The position numbers were made by a program, and so were the translations under genes. Below, in pieces: positions 13,984-23,014 of a stretch of DNA of 64,000 nt. This DNA comes from Phycisphaerae bacterium. Its GTDB lineage: Bacteria > Planctomycetota > Phycisphaerae > Phycisphaerales > Phycisphaeraceae. Under the pieces are notes generated by a model. That model was not told where the DNA came from. It did not search any database and worked only from the letters and a program-made list of their open reading frames with translations. Location: the NCBI GenBank assembly GCA_030425705.1, contig JAUHZU010000004.1, forward strand, positions 267,132-331,131. The letters are read 5' to 3'. The number at the start of each line of letters is the position of its first letter. Within the stretch, counting starts at the first letter, position 1.

Positions 13984-14475
13984 ATGCCCCGCACCGTCAT
14001 CTTCGGCAACTCGGGCTCGGGCAAGTCCACCTACGCCAAGGCGCAGGCCGCGCGGATCGGCTGCCCCCACCTCGACCTCGACACCATCGCCTGGCTGCCC
14101 GACATCACCCCACCGACCCGCCGGCCGATCGACGACAGCCGGGCCGACCTGCTCGCCTTCACCGACGCCAACGACGACTGGGTGATCGAGGGCTGCTACG
14201 CCGACCTCCTGGAACTCGCGCTCCCCCACGCCACGGAGATCGTCTACCTCAACCCCGGCACCGCGACCTGCATCGACAACGCCCGCCGTCGGCCGTGGGA
14301 GCCCCACAAGTACCCGACCCCCGAGCAGCAGGACGCCAACCTCCCGATGCTGATCGATTGGATCAAGGCCTACGACCACCGCACCGACACCTTCTCCGCT
14401 CGGGCCCACCGCCAACTGTACGACCGCTTCCCCGGCCCTAAGCGCGAGTTTCGGTCCAACGACCGCCCCCTCTAA
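13984..14475 (+). CDS. P-loop NTPase / adenylate-kinase-like (FlaR/topology-modulation-protein-like) small kinase
   Basis: Walker A VIFGNSGSGKST at the N-terminus, ~165 aa, architecture like the AAA_33/FlaR-like kinases. The ORF is open from 13897; the ATG at 13984 was chosen. Confidence 0.65.
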   Translation: MPRTVIFGNSGSGKSTYAKAQAARIGCPHLDLDTIAWLPDITPPTRRPIDDSRADLLAFTDANDDWVIEGCYADLLELALPHATEIVYLNPGTATCIDNARRRPWEPHKYPTPEQQDANLPMLIDWIKAYDHRTDTFSARAHRQLYDRFPGPKREFRSNDRPL

Positions 14476-14481
14476 CCACCG

Positions 14482-14594
14482 CCCGGTAGGACAGGCATTC
14501 CTGCCTGTTATCAGGCCACAGGCCTGACCGCCTCCCTGACCATCGTTGTTTTCGGCTGCGCCGAATGACAGGCAGGAATGCCTGTCCTACCGGG
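14482..14594. repeat. REP-like palindromic element (copy B): perfect 27-bp inverted arms (cccggtaggacaggcattcctgcctgt / acaggcaggaatgcctgtcctaccggg), each arm a 7-bp hairpin, separated by ~59 bp
   Basis: Read directly from the sequence, immediately after the kinase stop codon. It shares core motifs with copy A. Confidence 0.7.
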
Positions 14595-14624
14595 GAGGGG
14601 GCCGTGGAGACTCGGGGGCGGGTG

Positions 14625-15038
14625 ATGTCGGCGATGGGTTCTCGGCTGACGCTGCGGGTGGGCAAGGTCGCGGGGCTTGGCCGGGCCCGGCCCGCCGGGG
14701 CGAAGGGGTACACGTGGTTCTACTACGTGGGCGAGCAAAGCCCGGCGGAGCTGGGGCACTGGTCGTTCGGGGGCAACGCGCTGGAGCCAACGGTGGAGGT
14801 GGCGTTGTCGGGGGTTGAGCCGGGCTCGCCGGTGTGGTTCGCGGCGAACTGGTTTAATAGCCGGCTGCAGCCGGGGCCGATGAGCACGCCGGTGATGACC
14901 CGCGTGGCGGGCGGGTTTACGGGCGTCGCCCCGGGCGGCACGGCCTCGCCCGGCCACCGCATCACCCACGTCGTCGCCCGCGGCACGGCGGGCAGCGTGA
15001 CGGGGGCGGGCGAGGAGAGCGTGGGGCGGGCGGCGTAG
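14625..15038 (+). CDS. Hypothetical protein
   Basis: 137-aa ORF (MSAMGSRLTLRVGKVAGLG...). It has a high-GC third-position pattern but no recognisable domain, so it could be spurious. Confidence 0.35.
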   Translation: MSAMGSRLTLRVGKVAGLGRARPAGAKGYTWFYYVGEQSPAELGHWSFGGNALEPTVEVALSGVEPGSPVWFAANWFNSRLQPGPMSTPVMTRVAGGFTGVAPGGTASPGHRITHVVARGTAGSVTGAGEESVGRAA

Positions 15039-15145
15039 GGTAAATCTAAAGATCCGCGCTTGGTATCGCCAACAATCGATGTTCCCAACCCCTAAGATTT
15101 AGCTGGGGTGCGACACTTTGATGATCTGCAGATTTATCTACCCCC

Positions 15146-15586
15146 ATGGGTCTAAATCGTAAAGCAATCCGGGTGATTCTGATCGTGGGCGGCGCGTTGC
15201 TCTTGCCTGTTTGTTGCGTCTGGAGTTTTCAGAATCGCGTCGGCACCGCCGGGCGTCCGAGCGAAGCCGCGGTGAGCGGTCTGCCGAGTCAAGCAACGAA
15301 CATTGAGTGGTTCCTCCCGGGCGCGTTCGGCCCCAACCGGGTTTACGCCTTCGACACCAGCTTGGCGGGATTCCAGCAATGGGTGGCCCAAAGAAGCCGC
15401 CCCAAACTGACCGGGCCTCACACAGGGCCATACGAGATACTCGTCTACGACCATGCCAAGGGAAAATTCGCATCTCATCAGATAAGCAATGCGGTCGCGT
15501 ACACATGGTCTGAAGAGGATCGTGGGGTCCACATGGTGTACGACCAGGATACAGGGCGTGCATACTTCCACTCGCATACGAGGTAA
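15146..15586 (+). CDS. Hypothetical membrane-anchored protein (ORFan, lower GC)
   Basis: N-terminal TM/signal anchor (AIRVILIVGGALLLPVCCVWSF) and 146 aa. It is preceded by an AT-rich repeated-motif region. Confidence 0.5.
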   Translation: MGLNRKAIRVILIVGGALLLPVCCVWSFQNRVGTAGRPSEAAVSGLPSQATNIEWFLPGAFGPNRVYAFDTSLAGFQQWVAQRSRPKLTGPHTGPYEILVYDHAKGKFASHQISNAVAYTWSEEDRGVHMVYDQDTGRAYFHSHTR

Positions 15587-15714
15587 TGCGAGATTACCGC
15601 TGGTAACCGGTGACTACGGCACCCGCGAGTAGAATGAACAGGTCGGTCGGTACCGCACTCTTGAGGGTGGCCGGCAACAGCATTGATCCATGTCCGTTGT
15701 CTGGTGGATAGCCC

Positions 15715-16191
15715 ATGGAAACCAAAGCACCAACCCGGGCATTCTGCATGGGTTGTCACTATCCGTTACAGGGTCTTTCGGAGACGCGCTGCCCCGAGTG
15801 TGGACAGGCATTCGATCTGTCCGACGCTAGCACCTACTCCATCCAAGCGCACCCACCCCGTATCCAGCGGCGCTTAGGTACCGTCCTCGTCCTTATGGGC
15901 GCGCCTGTTTCTGCGTTGCTTGTTCTCATATCAGGCGAGTCGCTTCTCTTATGGAACTTTGGTCGCGCGACCGACACGATGGTGGGTTGGGGTGGGCGGT
16001 TCTGGATTGCGACAGCCGAGACACAATTCTCTTTTGGCACACTTTCGATGCTGGCGATGTTCGCCGGTCTGGTCATGGCAAGGGGCTGTCCGCACCATCT
16101 ACCCCTGCGTTGCCTGAGCTGGGCTGCCGGTATCTGGTGGCTGGGTTGGTTGCTGTCGTTTCAGTTTGGATGGATTGTCTATCACCTTTGA
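15715..16191 (+). CDS. Hypothetical zinc-ribbon (CxxC…CxxC) membrane protein
   Basis: The N-terminus has CMGCHYPLQGLSETRCPECGQAF (four Cys), followed by 3 predicted TM helices. Confidence 0.5.
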   Translation: METKAPTRAFCMGCHYPLQGLSETRCPECGQAFDLSDASTYSIQAHPPRIQRRLGTVLVLMGAPVSALLVLISGESLLLWNFGRATDTMVGWGGRFWIATAETQFSFGTLSMLAMFAGLVMARGCPHHLPLRCLSWAAGIWWLGWLLSFQFGWIVYHL

Positions 16192-16309
16192 AGCGAAGCC
16201 GGGCAACACTCCCCTCAGACCGGCAACGCCCCGGGGTAGCCCCCGGTGCTACAATCCACGCACGGCGGTTGGCCGTGCGGGTTCGTGTTTCCTTTCGGTG
16301 AGTGGGGCC

Positions 16310-16723
16310 ATGAGGTTGCGATGCTGGATGCGTTGCGGGCTGGCTGCTTTGGCGGCGGGGCTGTGCGTGTGGGGGGGCGGGTGCTCGCAGGCGAAGGTGG
16401 CGGGGGATGCGGGGGCTCAGGACGCGCCGGGGCGGATCCCGGCGCTGGTGCGGCAGGCGGACCCCGGCCGGGCCGGGGGGCAGGGGGGGCTGGACGAGCT
16501 GATCCGGGCGTTGGATGATGAGGACCCGGCGGTGCGGCTGTTCGCGGTGCAGGCGCTGCGGGAGCGCAGCGGCGAGTCCTTCGGGTATCGTTATTATGAT
16601 TCGCGTGCGGCGCGTCGGCCGGCGGTGCGGGCCTGGCGCGACTGGGCGGAGGCCCAGGATGACGGGGGCGGGACCGCCCCGCCGACGAACACGGCCGCCG
16701 CCCCGGCCGACGACACCCCCTGA
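16310..16723 (+). CDS. Secreted/lipoprotein-like hypothetical protein with HEAT-like repeat
   Basis: Signal peptide MRLRCWMRCGLAALAAGLCVWGGGCSQ; the DDEDPAVRLFAVQALRE segment resembles a HEAT/PBS-lyase repeat. The frame is open from a TTG at 16166. Confidence 0.45.
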   Translation: MRLRCWMRCGLAALAAGLCVWGGGCSQAKVAGDAGAQDAPGRIPALVRQADPGRAGGQGGLDELIRALDDEDPAVRLFAVQALRERSGESFGYRYYDSRAARRPAVRAWRDWAEAQDDGGGTAPPTNTAAAPADDTP

Positions 16724-16734
16724 ACCGGACCCCC

Positions 16735-17085
16735 ATGGCGAACGACGACTGCATCTCGAACATTGATCCGCAGGGCAGCGCGGTGATCGCCCGGCTGAAC
16801 GGGTCGCTCACCGTGGCGAACGCGCCGGAGCTGCGGCAGGGCCTGCTCGCGGCGCTGAAGCAGCACAAGCCCAAGACCCTCGCGCTGAACCTGATGGACG
16901 TGGACTTCGTGGACTCCAGCGCGCTGGGCGTCTTCGTCGAGGTCCGCCGGCAGGTCGCGGGCGACGGCGGGACGCTGGCGCTGACCAACCTCAACGACGA
17001 CATCCGCGGCCTGATGCGGATCATGAACCTCGACGCGGTCTTCAGCTTCTTGGACGATGTCTCGGAAGTCGCGACCGGCGCGTAG
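16735..17085 (+). CDS. STAS-domain protein (MlaB-like accessory / anti-sigma-factor-antagonist fold)
   Basis: 116 aa; the SpoIIAA-like STAS pattern (VIARLNGSLTVANAPELRQGL ... LNLMDVDFVDSSALGVFVEVRRQV) is present. It lies directly upstream of the MlaE-like permease. Confidence 0.7.
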   Translation: MANDDCISNIDPQGSAVIARLNGSLTVANAPELRQGLLAALKQHKPKTLALNLMDVDFVDSSALGVFVEVRRQVAGDGGTLALTNLNDDIRGLMRIMNLDAVFSFLDDVSEVATGA

Positions 17086-17140
17086 CCCCTTCTGACCCGG
17101 CCGCACGGACGCGGCCGACCGCCCCCCGCAAGGACGACCC

Positions 17141-17953
17141 ATGGGCGCCATCACACGACCGGTTGCAAAGCTCGGCGACGCCGCGATCGGCACCGTCAGC
17201 TTCATCGGCGCGCTGGGCATCCTGATCGGGCTCACCTTCGCCGCGAGCCCGCGCCTGGTGCTGCAGAAGCGCGGGCGTCGGCTGGCGTGGCGGAACCTGT
17301 GGTTCCAGGCGCACCGCGTGGGGGTCAAGAGCATCGGCGTGGTCGCGCTGGTGACGCTGTCGATCGGCGTGATCCTCGCGCTGCAGATCGTGCCGATCCT
17401 GGAGGGCTACGGCGTGCCGGACCAGATCGCGACGATCATCGCGATCGCGTTCTTCCGGGAGCTGGGCCCGCTGGTCGGCGCGATCGTGCTCACGGGCTTC
17501 GCCGGCGCCTCCATCGCGGCAGAGATCGGGACGATGGCGGTGAACGAGGAGCTGAAGGCGCTGCGGTCGCACGCGATCAGCCCGGTGCGGTTCCTGGTGG
17601 TGCCGCGGGTCCTGGCGGCGACGGTGATGACGGTGTGCCTGGCGGTGCTGTCGAGCGTGATGGGGATCCTGGGCGGGCTGCTGGCGACGCTGTCGATCAC
17701 GGACCTTCGCCGGGCGGAGTACCTGGAGCTGACGTTCGCGGCGGTGGACGGGTTCGACATCATGACGGGGCTGGTGAAGGCGGCGGTGTTCGGGATGCTG
17801 ATCGGGGCGATGGCCTGCCACCTCGGGCTGGCTGTGCGGGGCGGGGCGTCGGGCGTGGGCAGCGCGACGACGCGGACCGTCGTGCTCAGCATCGTCGCGC
17901 TGACGATCGTCGACCTGGGCTTCACCGCCGTGTTCTACCTGCTGGAGCTGTAG
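17141..17953 (+). CDS. mlaE: ABC transporter permease, MlaE family
   Basis: 270 aa polytopic membrane protein with MlaE-like conserved segments (QIVPILEGYGVPDQIATIIAIAFFRELGPLVGAIVLTGFAGASIAAEIGTMAVNEE). Confidence 0.8.
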   Translation: MGAITRPVAKLGDAAIGTVSFIGALGILIGLTFAASPRLVLQKRGRRLAWRNLWFQAHRVGVKSIGVVALVTLSIGVILALQIVPILEGYGVPDQIATIIAIAFFRELGPLVGAIVLTGFAGASIAAEIGTMAVNEELKALRSHAISPVRFLVVPRVLAATVMTVCLAVLSSVMGILGGLLATLSITDLRRAEYLELTFAAVDGFDIMTGLVKAAVFGMLIGAMACHLGLAVRGGASGVGSATTRTVVLSIVALTIVDLGFTAVFYLLEL

Positions 17954-17955
17954 CC

Positions 17956-18354
17956 ATGGAAAGAACGATTCACCACCTTTTCATTGCTCGCTATTCACCA
18001 GAAGGCAGGACGCTACCAGAAGAGTACATACAAGCTCCAACATGGGATCAGATCGTCGAATCGATCCTTCGCCTCGATCGATTCCAATACCCTTACATTG
18101 TTTTGTACCCCTCCGAGCATGAAGATGAAGGGGATGAACTTAGCATCATCGGCGGGAAAGGGGCTTGGACCGCAGGTGGTGGTAAATGGGAATACACCAA
18201 TGCAGAGGGTTCGGATGAAGAGATTGAACTCTGGGAGAGTGACCAGGGTTACGGCTGCACAATGAAGCACGTGATGACTGATTTGGACAAAGTACTGGAC
18301 CTCGCTAAACAGTTTTACATCTGCCCGAAACACGATCAGTTGGATATCGGCTAG
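17956..18354 (+). CDS. Hypothetical small acidic protein (ORFan), lower-GC insertion inside the Mla-like operon
   Basis: 132-aa ORF starting 3 nt after the mlaE stop. Its nucleotide composition is clearly more AT-rich than the flanking genes. No known domain. Confidence 0.45.
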   Translation: MERTIHHLFIARYSPEGRTLPEEYIQAPTWDQIVESILRLDRFQYPYIVLYPSEHEDEGDELSIIGGKGAWTAGGGKWEYTNAEGSDEEIELWESDQGYGCTMKHVMTDLDKVLDLAKQFYICPKHDQLDIG

Positions 18355-18363
18355 AACCAATCC

Positions 18364-19176
18364 ATGCCACCCACCGACGACAATATTATCGAGGTGCGCA
18401 ACGTCACCAAGACGTTCGGTAAGACGGATGTGCTGCGCGACCTGTCGCTGGACGTGAAGCGGGGCGAGCGGCTGGTCATCCTCGGCGGGTCGGGCGCGGG
18501 CAAGTCGACGCTGCTGAACATGCTCGCGGCCGAGACGCAGCCGACCAAGGGCACGCTCACGATCGATGGGAAAGAGGTCGGCGCGATGAACGAGCGCGAC
18601 CTCGACGAGTACCGCAAGACGATGGGCGTCCTGTTCCAGTCCGGGGCGCTCTTCAACTCGCTCACGATCGCCGAGAACATCGCGCTGCCCATGCAGGAAC
18701 ACACGGACCTGGAGCAGAGCACGATCGATACGATCGTCACGATGAAGCTGCACCTGGTGGGCTTGTTGGGCCACGGCGACAAGATGCCCTCGGAACTGTC
18801 GGGCGGGATGAAGAAGCGCGCCGGGCTCGGGCGGGCGCTGGCGCTGGACCCCAAGATCATCTTCTACGACGAGCCCAGCGCCGGGCTCGACCCCGTCTCC
18901 GTCACCGAGATCGACAAGCTCATGGTCGACCTCAACGAGACGACCGGCGTGACGACCGTCGTCATCACCCACGAGATGACCAGCGCCTTCCGCATCGCCC
19001 ACCGCCTGGTGCTGATGGACCAGGGCAAGTTCGTCGCCGACGGCACGCCCGACGAGATGAAACAGAGCGACAACCCGCTGGTCCACCAGTTTGTCCACGG
19101 CAAGCTGGAGGGACCGATGACCGACCGCCGGGACGGCGACGCCTACCGCCGGGCGTTGCTGGAAGACAAGCCGTAA
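18364..19176 (+). CDS. mlaF: ABC transporter ATP-binding protein, MlaF family
   Basis: Walker A GGSGAGKST, Q-loop, ABC signature LSGGMKKRAGLGRALAL, Walker B IIFYDEPSAGLD, H-loop ITHEM. Confidence 0.85.
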   Translation: MPPTDDNIIEVRNVTKTFGKTDVLRDLSLDVKRGERLVILGGSGAGKSTLLNMLAAETQPTKGTLTIDGKEVGAMNERDLDEYRKTMGVLFQSGALFNSLTIAENIALPMQEHTDLEQSTIDTIVTMKLHLVGLLGHGDKMPSELSGGMKKRAGLGRALALDPKIIFYDEPSAGLDPVSVTEIDKLMVDLNETTGVTTVVITHEMTSAFRIAHRLVLMDQGKFVADGTPDEMKQSDNPLVHQFVHGKLEGPMTDRRDGDAYRRALLEDKP

Positions 19177-19206
19177 CGCCGATAGACACGGAGTACGGAG
19201 CCGACC

Positions 19207-20544
19207 ATGACCCCATCCAAGTACGCCTTCCAGGCCGGGCTGTTCATCCTCATCGCGATCGGCGCGACCATCGCGATCATCGCGCGCGTCTCCGACTCGG
19301 GCATGCTCAGCAACGCACACACCTACACCGCGACCTTCGCGCCCGGCCAGGACATCTCCGGCCTCGCGGTCGGCTCGGAGGTACGGCTATTGGGCGTCAA
19401 GGTCGGGCGCATCACCGCGATCGAGGTCCACACCGACGACAACTCCGACGCCCACGTCCACGTCACCTTCGAGGTGCCCGATGACGTCCGATTCCGCGAG
19501 CCCAACCCGTTCCTCACGGGCATCCAGCAGTCCCCGCTGCGCACGTCCAGCACCGACATCGCCTTCGGCACGACCGCGGCCCGCGTCGAGGCACAGACCA
19601 GCTTCACCGGCGGGGCCTGGCTCAACATCCTCAGCTTGGGCGAGGGCCTGCCGCTGCCCGAGGGCTCGAGCGTCGCCGCACGCTCGGTCAACCTCAACGC
19701 GATGGTCGACGAGGTCCGCGCCGAGCTGACCACGACCCTCGCGTCGGTCCGCGGCGAGATCGCGGCCGTCGGCGATGAGATCACCCAGACCAGCGACGCC
19801 TTCGAGCAGACCGCCGCCGCCTTCGAAGACACCGCCAACGAGGCCACCGCGCTCATCAACGAGATCGAGCAGGAGATCGACCCGGCCATCGCGCGCTACA
19901 ACGCCTTCATGGATGAGGCGATCGGCGTCGCCGAGGAGGTCAACGCGGTGTTCGGCGACAGCGGCGAAGACATCCGCACCACCCTCGCCAACCTCAGCAG
20001 CACGACCACGACCTTCGACCAGCGCCTGCCGGGCATGCTCGACGAGGTCGACGCGGCGCTCGCGAGCATCAACACCCTGGCCGACGACCTGGGCGGCTTC
20101 GTCGACCGCGCGGAGGCGAGCGTGGACAGCATCGACGCCCTGCTCGCCGAGGCCGGCGGGCTGACCCGCGAGCTGCGCGCCACGCTGGGCGATAACCGCG
20201 TCGAGATCGACCGCATGGTCACCAACGCCCGCCGGACGGTCGTCGAGCTGCGCGGGCTGATGGAAGACCTCCGCGCCAACCCGTCGCGCCTCGTCTGGCC
20301 GCCGGACGAACGCGACCTGGCCAACCTGGAGCTCTACGCCGTGGCGCGCCAGTACGCCAACGCGGCCGAGGACCTGCAGGCCGCCGTGCAGATGCTGCGT
20401 GACGCGACGGTCGTTTCCGGGGGCGGCCCGTCGGATGACCCGGCCAACGCGGAGCGCCTCGAACAGATGCGCGAGCACCTCATGGAGCAGTTCGAGTACT
20501 TCGACGAGCTGCAACGCGAGCTGTGGGAGCGGTACGAGCGGTAA
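19207..20544 (+). CDS. mlaD: MCE-domain protein (MlaD-like) with long C-terminal coiled-coil
   Basis: N-terminal TM anchor; MCE domain (ATFAPGQDISGLAVGSEVRLLGVKVGRITAIEV); an extended helical C-terminus, typical of non-proteobacterial MCE proteins. Confidence 0.75.
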   Translation: MTPSKYAFQAGLFILIAIGATIAIIARVSDSGMLSNAHTYTATFAPGQDISGLAVGSEVRLLGVKVGRITAIEVHTDDNSDAHVHVTFEVPDDVRFREPNPFLTGIQQSPLRTSSTDIAFGTTAARVEAQTSFTGGAWLNILSLGEGLPLPEGSSVAARSVNLNAMVDEVRAELTTTLASVRGEIAAVGDEITQTSDAFEQTAAAFEDTANEATALINEIEQEIDPAIARYNAFMDEAIGVAEEVNAVFGDSGEDIRTTLANLSSTTTTFDQRLPGMLDEVDAALASINTLADDLGGFVDRAEASVDSIDALLAEAGGLTRELRATLGDNRVEIDRMVTNARRTVVELRGLMEDLRANPSRLVWPPDERDLANLELYAVARQYANAAEDLQAAVQMLRDATVVSGGGPSDDPANAERLEQMREHLMEQFEYFDELQRELWERYER

Positions 20545-20571
20545 AAAGAGTCCGAACTTTCCGGAGATACT

Positions 20572-20988
20572 GTGATTATGGTTAGTGTGCTTGTGCCATT
20601 GAGCAATGACGAAGCTATCTGCATTGAAGGAACTCTGTGCGAACTTCGCGAGTTCCATGACGAAATCAAAAAATTTATCAAGTCGGACACAGCGTCGCTA
20701 AAGACTAAAGCTCGTTTGGTTTCTTCACCTAGCCCGTATGAACGATCAATGTCTCGGATCGAGATCAACAAGAACGGAGGGAAGATAGGATTCTCGGTAA
20801 AAGGCGATACGCTTCAGATATCTGGTGACAACACAAGGCTGGTATTGTTCGCAGAAAATCTGCCTTACGATCTGAACGAAGGTCTCAATCACTATCACTG
20901 TCACTTCGATCGAATCGGCCACGAAGACCATTTTGTAGAAGACTCCCGCGACACGATACTAGCAATGAGCCACAGACCCAAGAGCTAG
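20572..20988 (+). CDS. Hypothetical small protein (ORFan, lower GC)
   Basis: 138-aa ORF in AT-richer DNA. Its end converges on, and overlaps by 4 nt, the AAA ATPase gene. Confidence 0.4.
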   Translation: MIMVSVLVPLSNDEAICIEGTLCELREFHDEIKKFIKSDTASLKTKARLVSSPSPYERSMSRIEINKNGGKIGFSVKGDTLQISGDNTRLVLFAENLPYDLNEGLNHYHCHFDRIGHEDHFVEDSRDTILAMSHRPKS

Positions 20989-22913
20989 ACACCCCCGCGC
21001 TCCAACGCCGCCAGCTCCTCAAACCAAGCCTGCCGCTGCGCCTCGTCGATCTCCGGGTCGGGCAGGAGCGACCGCCGCGTGCAGTTCACCAGCGCCTGCA
21101 GCGTCTGGTACCGCCTCGCCGTGCCGATGTCGGCGGGGAGCTGGTCGTGCACGGCCGACTCGACATCTTCCATCGACATCGTGCCGTCGTTGAGAGAGCG
21201 CATCGCCTTGAGCTGCGAGCGCAGCGCCGCATAGGCGGCCGACGAGTATCCGGTCGTCAGCTCCATCATCGCCGCGACGTGCTCGGCCGTGGGCTCGAGC
21301 TTCACCCCCCCCAGCACCCACTGCGCGAACGCCCGGTGGTCCTCGCTGCCCGGCTCCACATCCAGCACCGGGATGATCAGGTCGCCCACCCGCCCAGGCC
21401 GGCGGATGTCGGGGCTCAGCCGCTCGATCCGCGCGGTCATCAGCAGCCAGATGACCCGGCCGCGGAGCTTGGGGTCGCTCATCATCGCCTGGATCTTGCC
21501 GGTCAGCCGACGCTCGGTCTCGTGCGCGTTCGCGCCGACCCCGCCGAACTGCGTGTCTGCCTCATCCACAAACAGGATCACCTTGCCCAGCGCTTCGAGC
21601 ACCCGCCGGAGCTTCTCGAACACGACATCGGTCTGACCGAAATACTGGCTGCGGATGTTCTTCAGGACCAGCACGGGCAGCCCGAGCGAGCCGGCCAACG
21701 CCTCGAAGATAAACGTCTTGCCCGCGCCGATGGGCCCGGCGATCGCCGCGCCAGGGAGGGCTTCGTCTCCCGTCGCCCGGATCCGGGGGATCATCTCGTC
21801 CCGCAGGAAATCCTTGAGCCGCGTGTAGCCGACCACGTCATCGAGCGTGTGCTCGGGCTTGCTGAACTCGACGACGTCCTCACCGAGCTGGCCGACGATG
21901 TACCGCTCGACCTGCGCGATCACGCCCGGAGCGGTCACCGGCTCGCCGGCGTAGGCCGAGTGGATCAGCAGTTGCCGCAGCGCGTGGATCGACAGCCCCG
22001 CGGTGAGGTCGGCGAGCTTGTCGCGCGACAGGGTGGCACCGCTAGCGGGCCCGTGGGCATCCCCCAAGACAGGCACGCCCTTGCCCTGCTTCTCCTGGTG
22101 CGCACAGAACCAGTCGATGTAGTGCCGACGCTCGCCCGCGTCCGGCGACGCGACCTCGACCGACAGCACCTGCGGCAGCCCGGCTACACGCGGGTGCACC
22201 GCGCTGCGCGACTCGGTCAGCATCAGCAGCGTGTCCTCGCCGTCGATAAACGCCGGGTCGCTCAGCCAGTCCTCGAGGATCGCGACGCGGTGCCGGTCGG
22301 CCGAACCGAGCTGGCTTACCCCACCGCCCCCGCCCGTCGGTAGCAGCATGTCGGCCGCCTCGATCAGGATGATCAGCCGGAGGTCCTTGTTGTCTGGCGC
22401 GTACCGCCGCTGATGCCGGGCGCAGAGCGTGAGCTGACGCAGCAGTTCCAGCGCCGCCGTCGGCCGGCCGGTCGCCTCGCCGATGCGCTGGTCGAAGGCC
22501 TGTTCGAGCTGCTGCTTCTGCTTGCCCGCGTCCGGGTCGGTCAGGGCCTTGAGCGTGAAGTGGTCCGGCGAGAGCCCGGTCTTCCACTGGATCCACGCGT
22601 CGCGCAGCCGCCGCCGGTCGTCCGGGTCGACGCAGCGGATCGGCCCGTTCAGCTCGTAGACCAGCAGGACCACGCCGGGGATGTCGCACTGCCGGCAGAG
22701 GTACGGCATGAGCGGGAGGTACTCCCCCGCGAGCGCGTCCTGTACGGCGTTGCCTTGGTCCTGCGACTCGTCGAGCTTCGCGGCCTTGTCGCCCACGAAG
22801 AACAGGTCGTGCACCTCCCCCGCGACCATGACCGCGCGCGACTGCCCGCTGTTCACGATCCGTGCGATCCGGCTGAAGAAGGCGTACTTGGGGGGTGGGG
22901 TCTTCACGAACAT
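20985..22913 (-). CDS. Classic-clade AAA ATPase (Vps4/FtsH/CDC48-type AAA module) with ~350-aa N-terminal domain of unknown function; last gene of the PspA/flotillin operon
   Basis: Walker A GPIGAGKTF, Walker B ILFVDEAD, and a second region of homology with arginine fingers (TARIERLSPDIRRPGRVGD). Confidence 0.8.
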   Translation of the reverse strand: MFVKTPPPKYAFFSRIARIVNSGQSRAVMVAGEVHDLFFVGDKAAKLDESQDQGNAVQDALAGEYLPLMPYLCRQCDIPGVVLLVYELNGPIRCVDPDDRRRLRDAWIQWKTGLSPDHFTLKALTDPDAGKQKQQLEQAFDQRIGEATGRPTAALELLRQLTLCARHQRRYAPDNKDLRLIILIEAADMLLPTGGGGGVSQLGSADRHRVAILEDWLSDPAFIDGEDTLLMLTESRSAVHPRVAGLPQVLSVEVASPDAGERRHYIDWFCAHQEKQGKGVPVLGDAHGPASGATLSRDKLADLTAGLSIHALRQLLIHSAYAGEPVTAPGVIAQVERYIVGQLGEDVVEFSKPEHTLDDVVGYTRLKDFLRDEMIPRIRATGDEALPGAAIAGPIGAGKTFIFEALAGSLGLPVLVLKNIRSQYFGQTDVVFEKLRRVLEALGKVILFVDEADTQFGGVGANAHETERRLTGKIQAMMSDPKLRGRVIWLLMTARIERLSPDIRRPGRVGDLIIPVLDVEPGSEDHRAFAQWVLGGVKLEPTAEHVAAMMELTTGYSSAAYAALRSQLKAMRSLNDGTMSMEDVESAVHDQLPADIGTARRYQTLQALVNCTRRSLLPDPEIDEAQRQAWFEELAALERGGV

Positions 22914-23014
22914 GCCTCACGCAAAGACGCAAAGGCGCAAAGCTGCGGCGCGAAGACCAGGGGTGTGCCTGTTTCTCTTTGCGTCATTGCGCCGTTACGT
23001 GAGTTTCAGAAACA

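Noticed and set aside
16735-17085. STAS protein as an RsbV-type anti-sigma antagonist partnered with the RsbU-like PP2C at 51590
   Set aside because: The STAS gene sits directly upstream of MlaE/MlaF/MCE genes, the MlaB position. The PP2C phosphatase is 35 kb away, with no anti-sigma kinase nearby. The partner-switching role was therefore judged less likely, though it is not excluded.
19387-20658. 423-aa minus-strand ORF opposite the MCE/MlaD gene
   Set aside because: Shadow ORF; the sense strand has a clear MCE domain.
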